64,000 nt of DNA from Amphiscolops sp. MND2022 (GCA_964187785.1 OZ076409.1:89840001-89904000); one strand, 5' to 3'. Counted from the first letter of the stretch, positions 48,891 through 60,988 are shown. Notes: generated from the sequence alone by a model not told the origin. Numbers and translations: made by a program.

Positions 48891-50573
48891 TTCAGTCCCG
48901 GTACAGTATAATTGAATGTTCTTCATTTGTTGGCATCTATATGTTAACATCTGACAAACTCAGTACGAATGAACAAGAATTTGGCTAGCAACTGTTATTT
49001 AGTATGAATTCTGATTTGTGGCAAATGTTAGTATTTCGTCACCTCACCTACTAACTGTTAGTTTAGCAGCAAAATTTGGCAGGTCGTTAGTTTCACGTAA
49101 TTTAATTCGTTTCACACTATGCTTTTTCTCAGCAATTAGTTCAGGGTTTGTCTAGGATCTAGCACACCAACACTTGCAGCAAATGTTATTCGGACTTCCT
49201 AATGTTTCTCTGACAAAAAGCAAAAATTAACCCCTGGAAAAATCTGAAATTGTACAGGAAAGCCCCGTTTTATTGCAGATTGTCTCCGTCATAAATTAAA
49301 ATGAGCAACTTTAAAACTGAATCAATGTGAAAGACTACAGCGCAAACGATGTCTACATAAAGGTATTTGAACCTTGTTCCTTATTCCCCCTGGTCGTTTG
49401 ATGTGAATATGAATCATGGTCTAGCCAAGTTGTGTGATTGAGCCCTTCGAATTCTTGCAACAATGTCTCATCGATGCTAAATTGTTGATTAAAAAATTCG
49501 AATTCGCTGCCAATGGAGAAACTAAAAATTCATAAGCTCTGTTGTGATTAGTCTCAATGGTGGTTTCCTCAAAAAACCTGAAAAATCTTGCAGGGCCAAA
49601 ATTTCCCAATGGGTGTAAAAACACCTTTCCTGGATGAAAACAAAAATTCAAAAGATTATCCTTCGTGCAGGAAATATTTTTAAAAGTGTCGCATGTCGTC
49701 AAAAATGCCAAAGGTGTTTTTTAAAATTTTCGCGATAGCAAGAGTAATCCAGAAAATTTTATTTTTTGAACTTTTTTCAGCTCAATTTTTGTCGAGTACA
49801 TACTGAAAAATTCAGATATTTTGTTCGGCAGTGAGTATGAGCGTGACATTTAAATTTCTCAAGCTGCCGACAACAATTCGTTTCTCATGCGCTGGAACGA
49901 GCGAGTGGTAATTATGCATTCACATGCCGAATTAATTGAGATGAAGCGAGTGAATGTTCGTATTTATGCTTTCGTACGCCGAGTTATTGAGATAAAGCGA
50001 ACGAGTGTTAATTATTCGTTCGCCGAGAGCTTCGTCTGCATTCAAATGCGAATACGAAACTTCGTCTACGCTTAGTAGGTATTTTTTCTTTAGTCCGAGA
50101 AGAAATAAACGTGGTGAAGCTGGTGCAATGAATAATTGTGCGCTATATAATTGATTGAGATATGCTTCGATTATTGAACATGAAAGACTAAAAGCAGAAT
50201 TAATACTGTGCCCCGCCGGGGCCTATTTTTGAATTTATGCACTTCTGTAATTCAAAGAGAAATTCTAATTCACACGAAAGTTTGAGCTGGCAAAAAGATG
50301 ACTGTATATCTTCGCGAGCTAAAGTTGAAACTAAAATGAGATTTCTTGATATCATAATTGGATCAAAAACAAAACTAGCGACACAGTGACTCTTACTGAA
50401 TTGCGCTCTCAAGTACCCAAAATTGTGCACCCAAAGCCAAAATTGTGCAGATCCTTCATGATCACAGACTCCAAGTTAAGACTTTAAGTTAAAAAGGATA
50501 TTACCGGTTATCAGCGTGTTTCCCAGATATGACTCAGTAACATTTTTATCACAAAATGAAAATTACAGAGTTG

Positions 50574-51738
50574 AACAAGACGGAAACGTCTAAAGTCGGC
50601 GCTATATCTAAGGCTCAAAAAACGCAAAAGACTTTCTTTCAGAAAATGTCGCATAGTGCCGAAAAATGTAAAAGGGGACCCTTTGGGCTTTATTAACATA
50701 AATTATGTTGCAAAATATCAAAAAACGTGAAAAGGGGATTCTTTTGAGACATTAAAAAAAAATTTTTTAAAAAAAGTCGCACAATGCCAAAAAAATCGAA
50801 CCTTTTAGTCTCGTCCGGTTTTGTAGGTTACGGTAAAAAAATAAAAAATGAAAGGGGACCCTTTTGCACTATTCCGCTGACCGGACTTGGCCTCTTATGC
50901 TAGTAGTTTTAGTAGTTTCGATTGTAAGAAAAGTGGCCCAATCAGAGTGAGATTGTAGTCTGACGAAAAAAAGAAAAAAACTAGCCACTGTAAGAGTCGG
51001 GCACTTTTCCCTAGAAAAGCGCCGACTAAAAAACAATCACTGCTATAGTCGGGCATTTTTCCCTTAATGGAAAAGCGCCGACTAAAAAACAGTCACTGCT
51101 ATAGTCGGGCATTTTTCCCTTAATGGAAAAGCGCCGACTAAAAACGGTTCGAATTGGAAAATGTCACAAACTTGGGACAGAAAGAAGTGGAACGCGCCTA
51201 TAAAAAATTGGAGGGCATTAGGCTGCGTTACGTTTTCCTTCTCTTAGAAAGTACAATGTAGTGCAATGAGCAGATCGCCCAAAAAGTAGACCAGTTGTTG
51301 AGCAGACTATGATTTGACCAGCTATTGGATAAAACAATATCTTTAGTCGGCGCTTTTAGAATAAGGCCCGACTATTAGTCACTCGTTTTTTAAAAAGACT
51401 TGAATGCGACGAAATTTTTGTTCAGTTTGTTCAACTAAGCGAATACCTGGGAAACGCATCTAAGTTATAGCAAAGGGCCCCGTTTCACTTTTTTTTAAAC
51501 GTAACATACAAAATCGGACGAGACTAAAGGGTCCCCTTTCAACTTTTTTCGGCGCTCTGAGACTTTTTTTGATTTTTTTTTGTCTCCAAAGTGTCTCCCT
51601 TCGATTCTATTGAAGTCCCTCGTAATATCCGGAGTAAAGTGCTATATCCGAACTTCATGAAAACATCTTACGCATATTTTAAAAACTACGCTTTTTGAGC
51701 CTTTAACAACATCAAAACATAAGCGTGAAAATGCAAAA
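50574..51738. mobile_element. Composite of two head-to-head family-A elements and a 197-bp spacer, a second copy of the 11.7-13.9 kb arrangement
   Basis: Spacer 51145-51341 equals 13327-13523; both arms and the downstream tail match. Confidence 0.8.
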
Positions 51739-51740
51739 AA

Positions 51741-53142
51741 ATTATCGAGCTGTGATCATAGCGCAAGTAATATTATGTTTTACAAATACTTAAATAGACT
51801 ACTGTACCAACTTTACAAGCTGCTCTTCATGCTGTCTGAGAGTGTCTTGCGCAGCCTTCTCTTCGATTCGTATCTGCTGCCATTTCTTCGATTTCTTAAC
51901 CATTGGTTTCTACAAAAAAGGTCCTTTATCAAATAAAAAACCAAACTGTAGTTTCAAGGTCGAAATCTATAATGAACCTTTTGTGATTCGTCCAAATTTG
52001 ACATTTGCCCTTCGAGATTCAGCTTCATTCTCTCTTTGACGTCATGGAATGAGATCACTGAGAAAGAGTCAATGATCGACGCTTCAGACACTTTCTCGAT
52101 AAAGAAACACTGAACTATTTTGATTTTACAAGCTGAAAAATAATCAATGCAACTCAAAAGAGAATCGCAACAAAAAATTTGACTGCGGCGTTTTTCAGAA
52201 ATGTCAAAATGAACAACTGAAGTAAATTTGGAAGTCACTCGTGAGTTGATAAGACAATTGTCATTACATCAGATTAACTTTTGTTAACTATTACAAGGTG
52301 AGTACTATATCCTGCGATAGTAAGCAAAAATGAATCTGATGTTACGTTAGGAACCGCCGGGACTAAAAAAACGCGCGAGAATTATCGAGCTGTGATCATA
52401 GCGCAAGTAATATTATGTTTTACAAATACGTAAATAGACTACTGTACCAACTTTACAAGCTGCTCTTCATGCTGTCTGAGAGTGTCTTGCGCAGCCTTCT
52501 CTTCGATTCGTATCTGCTGCCATTTCTTCGATTTCTTAACCATTGGTTTCTACAAAAAAGGTCCTTTATCAAATAAAAAACCAAACTGTAGTTTCAAGGT
52601 CGAAATCTATAATGAACCTTTTGTGATTCGTCCAAATTTGACATTTGCTCTTCGAGATTCAGCTTCATTCTCTCTTTGACGTCATGGAATGAGATCACTG
52701 AGAAAGAGTCAATGATCGATGCTTCAGACATTTTCTCGATAAAGAAACACTGAACTATTTTGATTTTACAAGCTGAAAAATAATCAATGCAACTCAAAAG
52801 AGAATCGCAACAAAAAATTTGACTGCGGCGTTTTTCAGAAATGTCAAAATGAACAACTGAAGTAAATTTGGAAGTCACTCGTGAGTTGATAAGCCAATTG
52901 TCATTACATCAGATTAACATTTGTTAACTATTACAAGGTGAGTACTATATCCTGCGATAGTAAGCAAAAATGAATCTGATGTTACGTTAGGAACCGCCGG
53001 GATTTAAAAAACGCGCGAGAATTATCGAGATGTGATCATAGCGCAAGTAATATTATGTTTTACAAATACTTAAATAGACTACTGTACCACCTTTACAAGC
53101 CGCCCTTCATGCTGTCTGAGAGTGTCTTGTGCAGCCTTCTCT
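51741..53142. repeat. 640-bp tandem repeat, about 2.2 copies
   Basis: attatcgag.tgtgatcatagcgcaag at 51741, 52381 and 53021; only a few substitutions between copies. Confidence 0.95.
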
Positions 53143-53326
53143 CAGGATTTGTTCCTGACAACTTTTGCTCGGAGTAGAAAAGCAAGAACATTGGCTTTTC
53201 ATTTTAGACAATTCAATTTGTATTTGTTGTTTCATTGAAAATTGAAACAAAACAAATCTGACAAAATACATGCTTTCGCAAAGATAAATTTCAGTAAGTT
53301 TGGTATTTATGAGAAAAACATCTTTT

Positions 53327-53568
53327 GCCAACCATGGAACTAATATAATCGATCCCACAAAGCTTGTTAGCGCCGGAGAAACTGTTCAAATGAAGACTTT
53401 ATATCTCCAAAATTCAAAATGATGTGCTTTAAAAAGAACAAAATTGTCATTACCCAAGTAGATTATGAGCGAAAATGTTTATAATTAGAAAACGTTATTA
53501 TAGAAAAAACGGATGAAAACGGCAAAAGAAGTCTTCTTGAACTCACGTCTTGTCCTGTACAGTATTGT
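53327..53568. repeat. 242-bp direct repeat flanking the Gypsy element (left copy)
   Basis: gccaaccatggaac...cagtattgt recurs at 60747-60988 with roughly 8-9 substitutions. Confidence 0.93.
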
Positions 53569-53799
53569 CTCGAAGGTAACCAAATAGTATCTGAGGAGGT
53601 CAATACTGAATTCTAGCTTTATCGTATTGATACTAATGATAAATCAAATGTGGCTAGCAGTATTTTAGCAGGTACTTTTAATATAATTACATAATATCAT
53701 TATGTAATGTCTGACCTCTAAGCTCACTCTACTCCCCCCTCTTGGGTAGTAAACAAGTAACATAACATAACTTCATGTAAATAATTTTGGTACATTAAT

Positions 53800-56700
53800 T
53801 TATGTACGTATTGAGTTGCATGTAAACGTTAAAAACATAAATAGCATCGGGTGCTGGTGTTTTTTTATTGATTTTTTCTTTTCATCATCGGTGAATGTTT
53901 TATGATGCTTCTCTTCTCCGTTCCGCTTCTTCTCTCCTTCTCTCTGCCGTTGCTTGTGTTCACTCCCACTGGTTCTCCGTTTGCTGATTGAATATCTTCT
54001 CCACTGTATTTCCTGTAAATATGAATGTGTTATTGGGTTTCCTAATCTAATTATAGGGTTTGTGGTTTTAATACAGGTTGATCTTCGGACTTGTACATTG
54101 TTATTGTTTTCTGGTTCTATAATTTTCGTTTTTATATTATAGTTATCATCATTACCATTGTTGTCGATGATGGTTACATTTCTGGGGTTTTCAGCTATTG
54201 TTTCCTTTGCTTGTTGTAGTTGTTCTTCGTTCATGTTCTCAAAGTGCATTTTGAGATTGTCTTTTACTGGGGAGTTGGTTTTTGTGCTCTGTGGTTGCTC
54301 TTTTCTGCCTCTCCCCACTTGTATTGGTGCCGCGAAGTCGAAACTGTCATCTAATGTTTCGGTTGATGTGTTTGGAATGCTTGGGTCTTGTTCTTCTATT
54401 TCTTCCGGTTCTATTTCTTCGTGTTCTTCTTCGGTGTCTTCTTTTTCTACTTGTCGTGCTGATTTCTGGGCAAATTTTCTGTCTGGTGCCCTCCTGTTTT
54501 GCCCCCGTCTTGATAAGGGGTTCTGAAATGAATTTGGTAATGGGTTACTAATTAATTTTCGGTGTATGGTTTTATTCGTATCCGTGTTTTTTTTGTGTTT
54601 TGTTCCCGCTATAGGTGTTTGGTGTTTTGTTTCAGAGTTGCTTTCAAATTTGTTTTTGTTTCGTTTTTTCTTTTCTAGAAATTGGTTTGGAAGTTTGTTA
54701 CTAACGTCACATTTCAGCTTGCGTGGTGCTTTCATTATGAGTTGGTCGTACTCGCCATCTCCGTTGTTGAAGGCGAACACCTGTATAGTCTCCGGTCGTG
54801 CTGAAACAATTTCATTTATATCCGTTGGTATGTTTAAATAACTTGGTATTTCCGTTCGTGGCTTTCTTCCGTAGTGTCTTTCGAACGGCGTTTCTTTTAT
54901 GCTTGAATGGATGGTTGTGCGCATCACATTTAGTGATCGGCTTAGTGCTTCACTCACTGTATATTTATCTTCCAAATTCGTTTTCATTAAATCTTTCACT
55001 GTTTTTATGCCTCTTTCAACTAAGCCTGTCGCTGTATGTATATATGGCGTACCATATATTAGTTTTATATTTACTTTCTTACAGGTAGATCTAAATACGT
55101 TTTCTGTAAAAGCCGTTCCTTTGTCAGTTCTAATTACTTGTGGTATATCGTTTATTAAAATATATTGTTCCAAAAAGGTTTTTGCGGTTTTTCCATTTGG
55201 CGCTTCGCATATACATGCTGCTGGCCATCTACTATATCGGTCGATGGAGATTAAGATAATGAATATTTGTTGTTTGAATCTAATTGGACCGATGAAGTCC
55301 AATTGAATCTCTTCGTTTGGTTTATCGGTCGGTGGTAAGTAGTTTATTTCTGACATTGGAATTTGTGGTCTATTTGACTTACCGGTCATTTTGCAGGGTA
55401 TACATTCGTCACATTTGTTTTGTATCTCCTTTGTTAGTTTCGGCCACCAAAATGGTTTTGCTGCCGCGGACATTTTGTTGATTTCCGGGTGTCTTTTGTG
55501 GAGTAAAGTAATTATTGTCCTTCTCAGTGTTTGTGGGATTATTGTTTTGTCATCATAGTAGACGACGTCGAATCTCGTTGATAAATGTTTTGTGTATCCT
55601 TTGTACTCATCTGGTATTTGTTCCATTGTTTTTCTCTCTATGCATACCAGTGTTTTGAGTAATTTCTCATCGTTCGTCGTTTCCCCCGCGATGGTTCTCA
55701 AATCTGTAGCGAATTTTTGCTCCGCTTGACGAACGCTTTCTTCTAAATCCCAGTCGCTGTTTCTTTGTCTTTTACTGGCCTTTCCCATGTTTTTGTTTCT
55801 GACACCGGTTGCGCCCAAGTATCGTTTGAAATTTATCGCTGGTACTGCGATTGTGTTTTTTGAACCGGATGACATTGTTTCTTCGAGTTCCGGTATTTCT
55901 GAGTCTGGCTGTATTTCTCCCGTTTGTTCGCGGCTTGTTCCTTGTCCGTTTCCAGCGTCACATTTCAGCTTGCGTGGTGCTTTCATTATGAGTTGGTCGT
56001 ACTCGCCATCTCCGTTGTTGAAGGCGAACACCTGTAGAGTCTCCGGTCGTGCTGAAACAATTTCATTTATATCCGTTGGTATGTTTAAATAACTTGGTAT
56101 TTCCGTTCGTGGCTTTCTTCCGTAGTGTCTTTCGAACGGCGTTTCTTTTATGCTTGAATGGATGGTTGTGCGCATCACATTTAGTGATCGGCTTAGTGCT
56201 TCACTCACTGTATATTTATCTTCCAAATTCGTTTTCATTAAATCTTTCACTGTTTTTATGCCTCTTTCAACTAAGCCTGTCGCTGTATGTATATATGGCG
56301 TACCATATATTAGTTTTATATTTACTTTCTTACAGGTAGATCTAAATACGTTTTCTGTAAAAGCCGTTCCTTTGTCAGTTCTAATTACTTGTGGTATATC
56401 GTTTATTAAAATATATTGTTCCAAAAAGGTTTTTGCGGTTTTTCCATTTGGCGCTTCGCATATACATGCTGCTGGCCATCTACTATATCGGTCGATGGAG
56501 ATTAAGATAATGAATATTTGTTGTTTGAATCTAATTGGACCGATGAAGTCCAATTGAATCTCTTCGTTTGGTTTATCGGTCGGTGGTAAGTAGTTTATTT
56601 CTGACATTGGAATTTGTGGTTTATTTGACTTACCGGTCATTTTGCAGGGTATACATTCGTCACATTTGTTTTGTATCTCCTTTGTTAGTTTCGGCCACCA

Positions 56701-57462
56701 AAATGGTTTTGCTGCCGCGGACATTTTGTTGATTTCCGGGTGTCTTTTGTGGAGTAAAGTAATTATTGTCCTTCTCAGTGTTTGTGGGATTATTGTTTTG
56801 TCATCATAGTAGACGACGTCGAATCTCGTTGATAAATGTTTTGTGTATCCTTTGTACTCATCTGGTATTTGTTCCATTGTTTTTCTCTCTATGCATACCA
56901 GTGTTTTGAGTAATTTCTCATCGTTCGTCGTTTCCCCCGCGATGGTTCTCAAATCTGTAGCGAATTTTTGCTCCGCTTGACGAACGCTTTCTTCTAAATC
57001 CCAGTCGCTGTTTCTTTGTCTTTTACTGGCCTTTCCCATGTTTTTGTTTCTGACACCGGTTGCGCCCAAGTATCGTTTGAAATTTATCGCTGGTACTGCG
57101 ATTGTGTTTTTTGAACCGATTGACATTGTTTCTTCGAGTTCCGGTATTTCTGAGTCTGGCTGTATTTCTCCCGTTTGTTCGCGGCTTGTTCCTTGTCCGG
57201 TTTCATTTGGTTTTTGTAGGTTTCGTATTTTGTCTATTACTCTATGGAACTCTCTTTTTCGTTCAATTTTTTCTTTCTTTTCCTTGTTCCTTCCTTCCAT
57301 TCTTCGCCACAAGAGCTTGTTTTTTCTTTGCCAAAGTTCGATTTCGATTTTCTTTTGTTCTGCTTTCAATGTTCTTGGAGGGTTGTATCTTTTCCATTGT
57401 CCCAGAGTGTAGCGGTAATCTGCAGGTTTTGTTATTTCTTTCCGTCGAGTTGTCAGTTTCAA
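53800..57462 (-). CDS. Open 1220-codon frame with two tandem Gypsy integrases
   Basis: Twice: HKRH...CDECIPC zinc-binding motif, QLDFIGP, IRTDKGTAF, GLVERGIK. The track start is TTG, and the frame is disconnected from upstream pol by frameshifts. Confidence 0.8.
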   Translation of the reverse strand: MKLTTRRKEITKPADYRYTLGQWKRYNPPRTLKAEQKKIEIELWQRKNKLLWRRMEGRNKEKKEKIERKREFHRVIDKIRNLQKPNETGQGTSREQTGEIQPDSEIPELEETMSIGSKNTIAVPAINFKRYLGATGVRNKNMGKASKRQRNSDWDLEESVRQAEQKFATDLRTIAGETTNDEKLLKTLVCIERKTMEQIPDEYKGYTKHLSTRFDVVYYDDKTIIPQTLRRTIITLLHKRHPEINKMSAAAKPFWWPKLTKEIQNKCDECIPCKMTGKSNKPQIPMSEINYLPPTDKPNEEIQLDFIGPIRFKQQIFIILISIDRYSRWPAACICEAPNGKTAKTFLEQYILINDIPQVIRTDKGTAFTENVFRSTCKKVNIKLIYGTPYIHTATGLVERGIKTVKDLMKTNLEDKYTVSEALSRSLNVMRTTIHSSIKETPFERHYGRKPRTEIPSYLNIPTDINEIVSARPETLQVFAFNNGDGEYDQLIMKAPRKLKCDAGNGQGTSREQTGEIQPDSEIPELEETMSSGSKNTIAVPAINFKRYLGATGVRNKNMGKASKRQRNSDWDLEESVRQAEQKFATDLRTIAGETTNDEKLLKTLVCIERKTMEQIPDEYKGYTKHLSTRFDVVYYDDKTIIPQTLRRTIITLLHKRHPEINKMSAAAKPFWWPKLTKEIQNKCDECIPCKMTGKSNRPQIPMSEINYLPPTDKPNEEIQLDFIGPIRFKQQIFIILISIDRYSRWPAACICEAPNGKTAKTFLEQYILINDIPQVIRTDKGTAFTENVFRSTCKKVNIKLIYGTPYIHTATGLVERGIKTVKDLMKTNLEDKYTVSEALSRSLNVMRTTIHSSIKETPFERHYGRKPRTEIPSYLNIPTDINEIVSARPETIQVFAFNNGDGEYDQLIMKAPRKLKCDVSNKLPNQFLEKKKRNKNKFESNSETKHQTPIAGTKHKKNTDTNKTIHRKLISNPLPNSFQNPLSRRGQNRRAPDRKFAQKSARQVEKEDTEEEHEEIEPEEIEEQDPSIPNTSTETLDDSFDFAAPIQVGRGRKEQPQSTKTNSPVKDNLKMHFENMNEEQLQQAKETIAENPRNVTIIDNNGNDDNYNIKTKIIEPENNNNVQVRRSTCIKTTNPIIRLGNPITHSYLQEIQWRRYSISKRRTSGSEHKQRQREGEKKRNGEEKHHKTFTDDEKKKSIKKHQHPMLFMFLTFTCNSIRT
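54705..57199. repeat. 1251-bp in-frame tandem duplication of the integrase region
   Basis: 54705-55948 matches 55956-57199; three amino-acid differences (I/S, K/R, L/I). Confidence 0.97.
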
Positions 57463-60400
57463 AGTTTCTTCAGTGGGGTTTCTTCAATTGCTTCTACTAT
57501 TTTAAGATCCATTTTGTTGTTTCGAGTTTGTTTGTCTTTATAACGATGAGTGTAAAGTGAAATTTGTTGTGGTAGCAACGAATTGCGATTTTGCTGATGG
57601 TTGTTATTCGTTTGTAGCTTCAGCACGTATCTTGAATTTGATTGGTTGTTCGTTTTGTGTGAGTTCATTTGGTTCGTTTGCGTCGTTGTTTCTCTTTCAT
57701 CGGTGATGCTACCGTAAATATTTATGAACTCCAGCAAGGGGATTATGCAATGAATATTCTTCGTCGTAATTTTCTATTGGCACCGGCTTTGAGATTGGAA
57801 TTCTGCTTAGATAGTCGGTTAATTTCAGATGTTTGCCTGCGACGTGTTTCATTTGAATATCGAAATGCGCTAATCTGTCTAACCATTTTGTTAATCTTGC
57901 GCTGTACATTTTATTCGATCTATTTCTTTCAATTATTGGTTCCAGTGCTTGATGATTGGTTAATAATTCTATCGGTTTACCATAACTATATAATCGAAAA
58001 TGTTCCAATTCCCACACTACTGCCAGCAAATCCAGTTCGTTTATCGCATATTTCTTTTCCGTATCCGATAAAAATCTGCTGGCGAATCCGATCGGTTTTA
58101 AATTTCCGTCTTTCTGTTTCTGCCATAGTGTGGCTCCCAGTCCTTTTGTGCTTGCGTCTGTTGTTAGGATATTTTGCTTTTCGGGTTATAATGTGCTAGG
58201 TGTGGTAATTGGGTTATTAGTTTGTTGAGATTATTGAAAGAGGTTGTATGTTCTTCTGTCCATTCCCACTTGTTTTTTTTCTTCAGTAGTTTTCTGAGTA
58301 CATCTCTCTGCGCCGACAGATTTTCTATAAACTTTGATAAGTAATGTATAGCCCCCAAGAAGGATTTTAATTCTTTTTCATTTTTCGGTATTTCATTTTT
58401 TGTTACTGCTTCCAGTTTGTCTTGTAAGGGTCGTATTCCGTTCTGGTCTGTTTTGTATTTTGTGCCCAATCCACTCTGATTCTTTCCTAAAAAATTCGCA
58501 TTTTTTCGGGTTGAGTCTGTATCCTGCTCCTTCCAATTTTTTCATCGTTTCTTTGATCTCCGCTTCGTGTTTTTCTGCGCTTCCTTTGGTAACAATTATT
58601 ATGTCGTCCAGCCAAACGGGGTGTTTAAATTCGAGTGTTTTGTCTATCCGTTCCTGGAAGATAGTCGGTATATCTGCCAGTCCATAAAAGTTTTTTAGGA
58701 AACGGTAGTATCCAGTGAATTCTCCTCCTGTGACCGTGAATATGCACAAATTTCTTGTTTGTTCATCTAGTCTGAGTTAGCCATATGCGTAATCGAAGTC
58801 CACTTTTGTTATGTGTTTTTCGCCTTCTTTTTCTTCTGATATCTTTATTGATTTTCTTGATATTAATTCTTCCATATTTGGCGTTTGTGCTTTTCGTTTG
58901 ATTGTTGCTTCGTTTAACTTTCTTGAATCCAGTGCAATTTTAATTGATTTGTCTTTCTTCACCGTTTCCACTGCAGGGCTTACGAAACAATCTCCGTTAA
59001 TTTCTGTTGCTCTTTCCAGATATCCGGTTTTTATCATTCTTTTCAGTTCTTCGGCTACTTGGTAAGTGTATTGGTATTGGTCTTCCTTTTTGTTGTATAA
59101 TGTTCGCATTTTCTTTTAGGTTTATCTTGACTACCGTGTCTTTTATTTCGGTGTTGTTGTAGAACGAGTCTTTGAATTCCTTCTTCAGTTTCAGAACCCT
59201 CCTATCGTTTTCGTCCATTCTTATGTTGTGTATTTTGATAGCTTCCATCTTTGATTTGATTGTTATTTTCAGCCGTTTCATCCAGTCTAGTCCCATTAAC
59301 GGTGTTATGTTTGCTTTTGTAACTAGTAGCAGCGGCAGTTGTAGTGTGGTTTGTTTTCACAGTTGCATTTGTTTGTCCGATGAGTTCTATCTTGTTGTCA
59401 TTTACATCTTCGTAGTCGTTGTTCTTTTTCTCCACATTCGTTATTTCGTTGAACAAGCTTTGGGGTATTAGTGTAACTGGGGAGCCGCTGTCTATGATGA
59501 ATTTTATTGGTACGTTGTTAACCAAAAGGGTTACATAGATGTAATCGTTTTTGTTTTTGCTGTTATTTATTTTCTGGATTTTGTCATAGTCCCAGTTATC
59601 TTCTTCCGCTGATGATGTTGTTTTATCCACATACTGTATTCTTTTAGGTATACGGCACATCTTTTCGTGATGTCCTCTCTTTTTACAGTTTCTGCATTCA
59701 ACGGATTTGGCGGGACATATATGTTGTCTTGTCCAGTTTGGTGTTCCACATTGGCCGCATCGGTTGTCTTTGTACCTTTCTTTGTGGTACTCCGGTCTTC
59801 TTTTGTTTTTCTCGTAACTGGTTTTTTCTTGCCACTTTCTTTTTTGTGGCCGTTCTTGCACATGTTTGACATCCCTTCCGTCGTTTGAATGGTTAGAATC
59901 GTTTAGCCGATCATACATGTATTCATGTATCAAGTCCGGTATTGTTTCTATTGTCATGTCATATTTCCGGATCTTTTTCTTCAACTCCTAATCCCCCGTA
60001 GATCTTCCGATGAGGGATAGGAACTTCAATGCAATTAGTTCCGCTGGAGGTACTTTATCAAATTCACAGTTTTTCACTGTTTGCAAGATCCTTGTCCAGA
60101 CATCTGCCGATTCATTTGGTTCCCTTGTTATTCCAAAGAAGTCGGCCCGAGTATGGATATTATTTCTTTCGGGTATGAAATTGAGTCGAAACAAAGCATA
60201 CAACTGATTGATATTCATCTTATTTGTGTCATTGTCTCTTACCGTTTTTGTCATCTCCGTCACTGCAGCTTCTCCCAATGCCCAGATGATAATATCTTTG
60301 ATTTTTATCTCCAGTTCTTCTCGAAATTCAGGTAAAATATCTTTATCAGTTGTCATATTGTTTAGTCGATATCTTGAGTCATCTTGACGTATTGTATGAA

Positions 60401-60563
60401 TCTTCTCCACCATAGTTTCGCTTTTTGTATGGTCTACTTTTCGAATATGGGTAGTGTAATCTTTTGGTGGGGTTTGGTTCTACCCTTTCTCTCAGATTCT
60501 TCGCTGGAAGAATTTGGTCCCGTCGCCTCGTTCGTAATAATTTTTTGACTACTTGAAGTCATT
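57463..60563 (-). pseudogene. Frameshifted gag, protease, RT and RNase H of the Gypsy element
   Basis: Two CCHC-type knuckles (CGQC..H.C, CRNC..GH...C), IDSGSP, IALDSRKLN, VWLDDIII, ELKSFLGAI, LAVVWELEHFRLY; split across at least eight short ORFs. Confidence 0.93.
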
Positions 60564-60746
60564 GTGACTGCGCTATGTTGTAACTTCGAAGGTAACAAAA
60601 TAGTATAAGAGGTCAATACTGATTTCTAGCTTTCTCGTATTGATACTAATAATATATCAAATGTGGCTAGCAGTATTTTAGCAGGTACTTTTAATATAAT
60701 TACATAATATCATTACGTAATGTCTGACCTCTAAGCTCACTCTACA

Positions 60747-60988
60747 GCCAACCATGGAACTAATATAATCGATCACACAAAGCTTGTTAGCGCCGGAGAA
60801 ACTATTCAAATGAAGACTTTATATCTCCAAAATTCAAAATGGTGTGCTTTAAAAAGAACGAAATTGTCATTACCCAAGTAGATTATGAACGAAAATGTTT
60901 ATAATTAGAAAATGTTATTAAAGAAAAAATGGATGAAAACGGCAAAAGAAGTCTTCTTGAACTCACGTCTTGTCCTGTACAGTATTGT
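60747..60988. repeat. 242-bp direct repeat flanking the Gypsy element (right copy)
   Basis: Begins immediately after the terminal CA of the right-hand LTR; matches 53327-53568. Confidence 0.93.

Larger units (their letters stand above)
53570..60746 (-). mobile_element. Ty3/Gypsy (Mag-like) LTR retrotransposon, decayed, with duplicated integrase
   Basis: About 170-bp LTRs (53570-53732, outer end truncated; 60576-60746, TG...CA); PPT CCCAAGAGGGGGGA; degenerate PBS TAGCGCAGTC; domain order gag-PR-RT-RH-IN. Confidence 0.95.

Noticed and set aside
49880..50075. 62-aa ORF with internal near-repeats
   Set aside because: Degenerate short nucleotide repeats with no recognisable product or boundaries.
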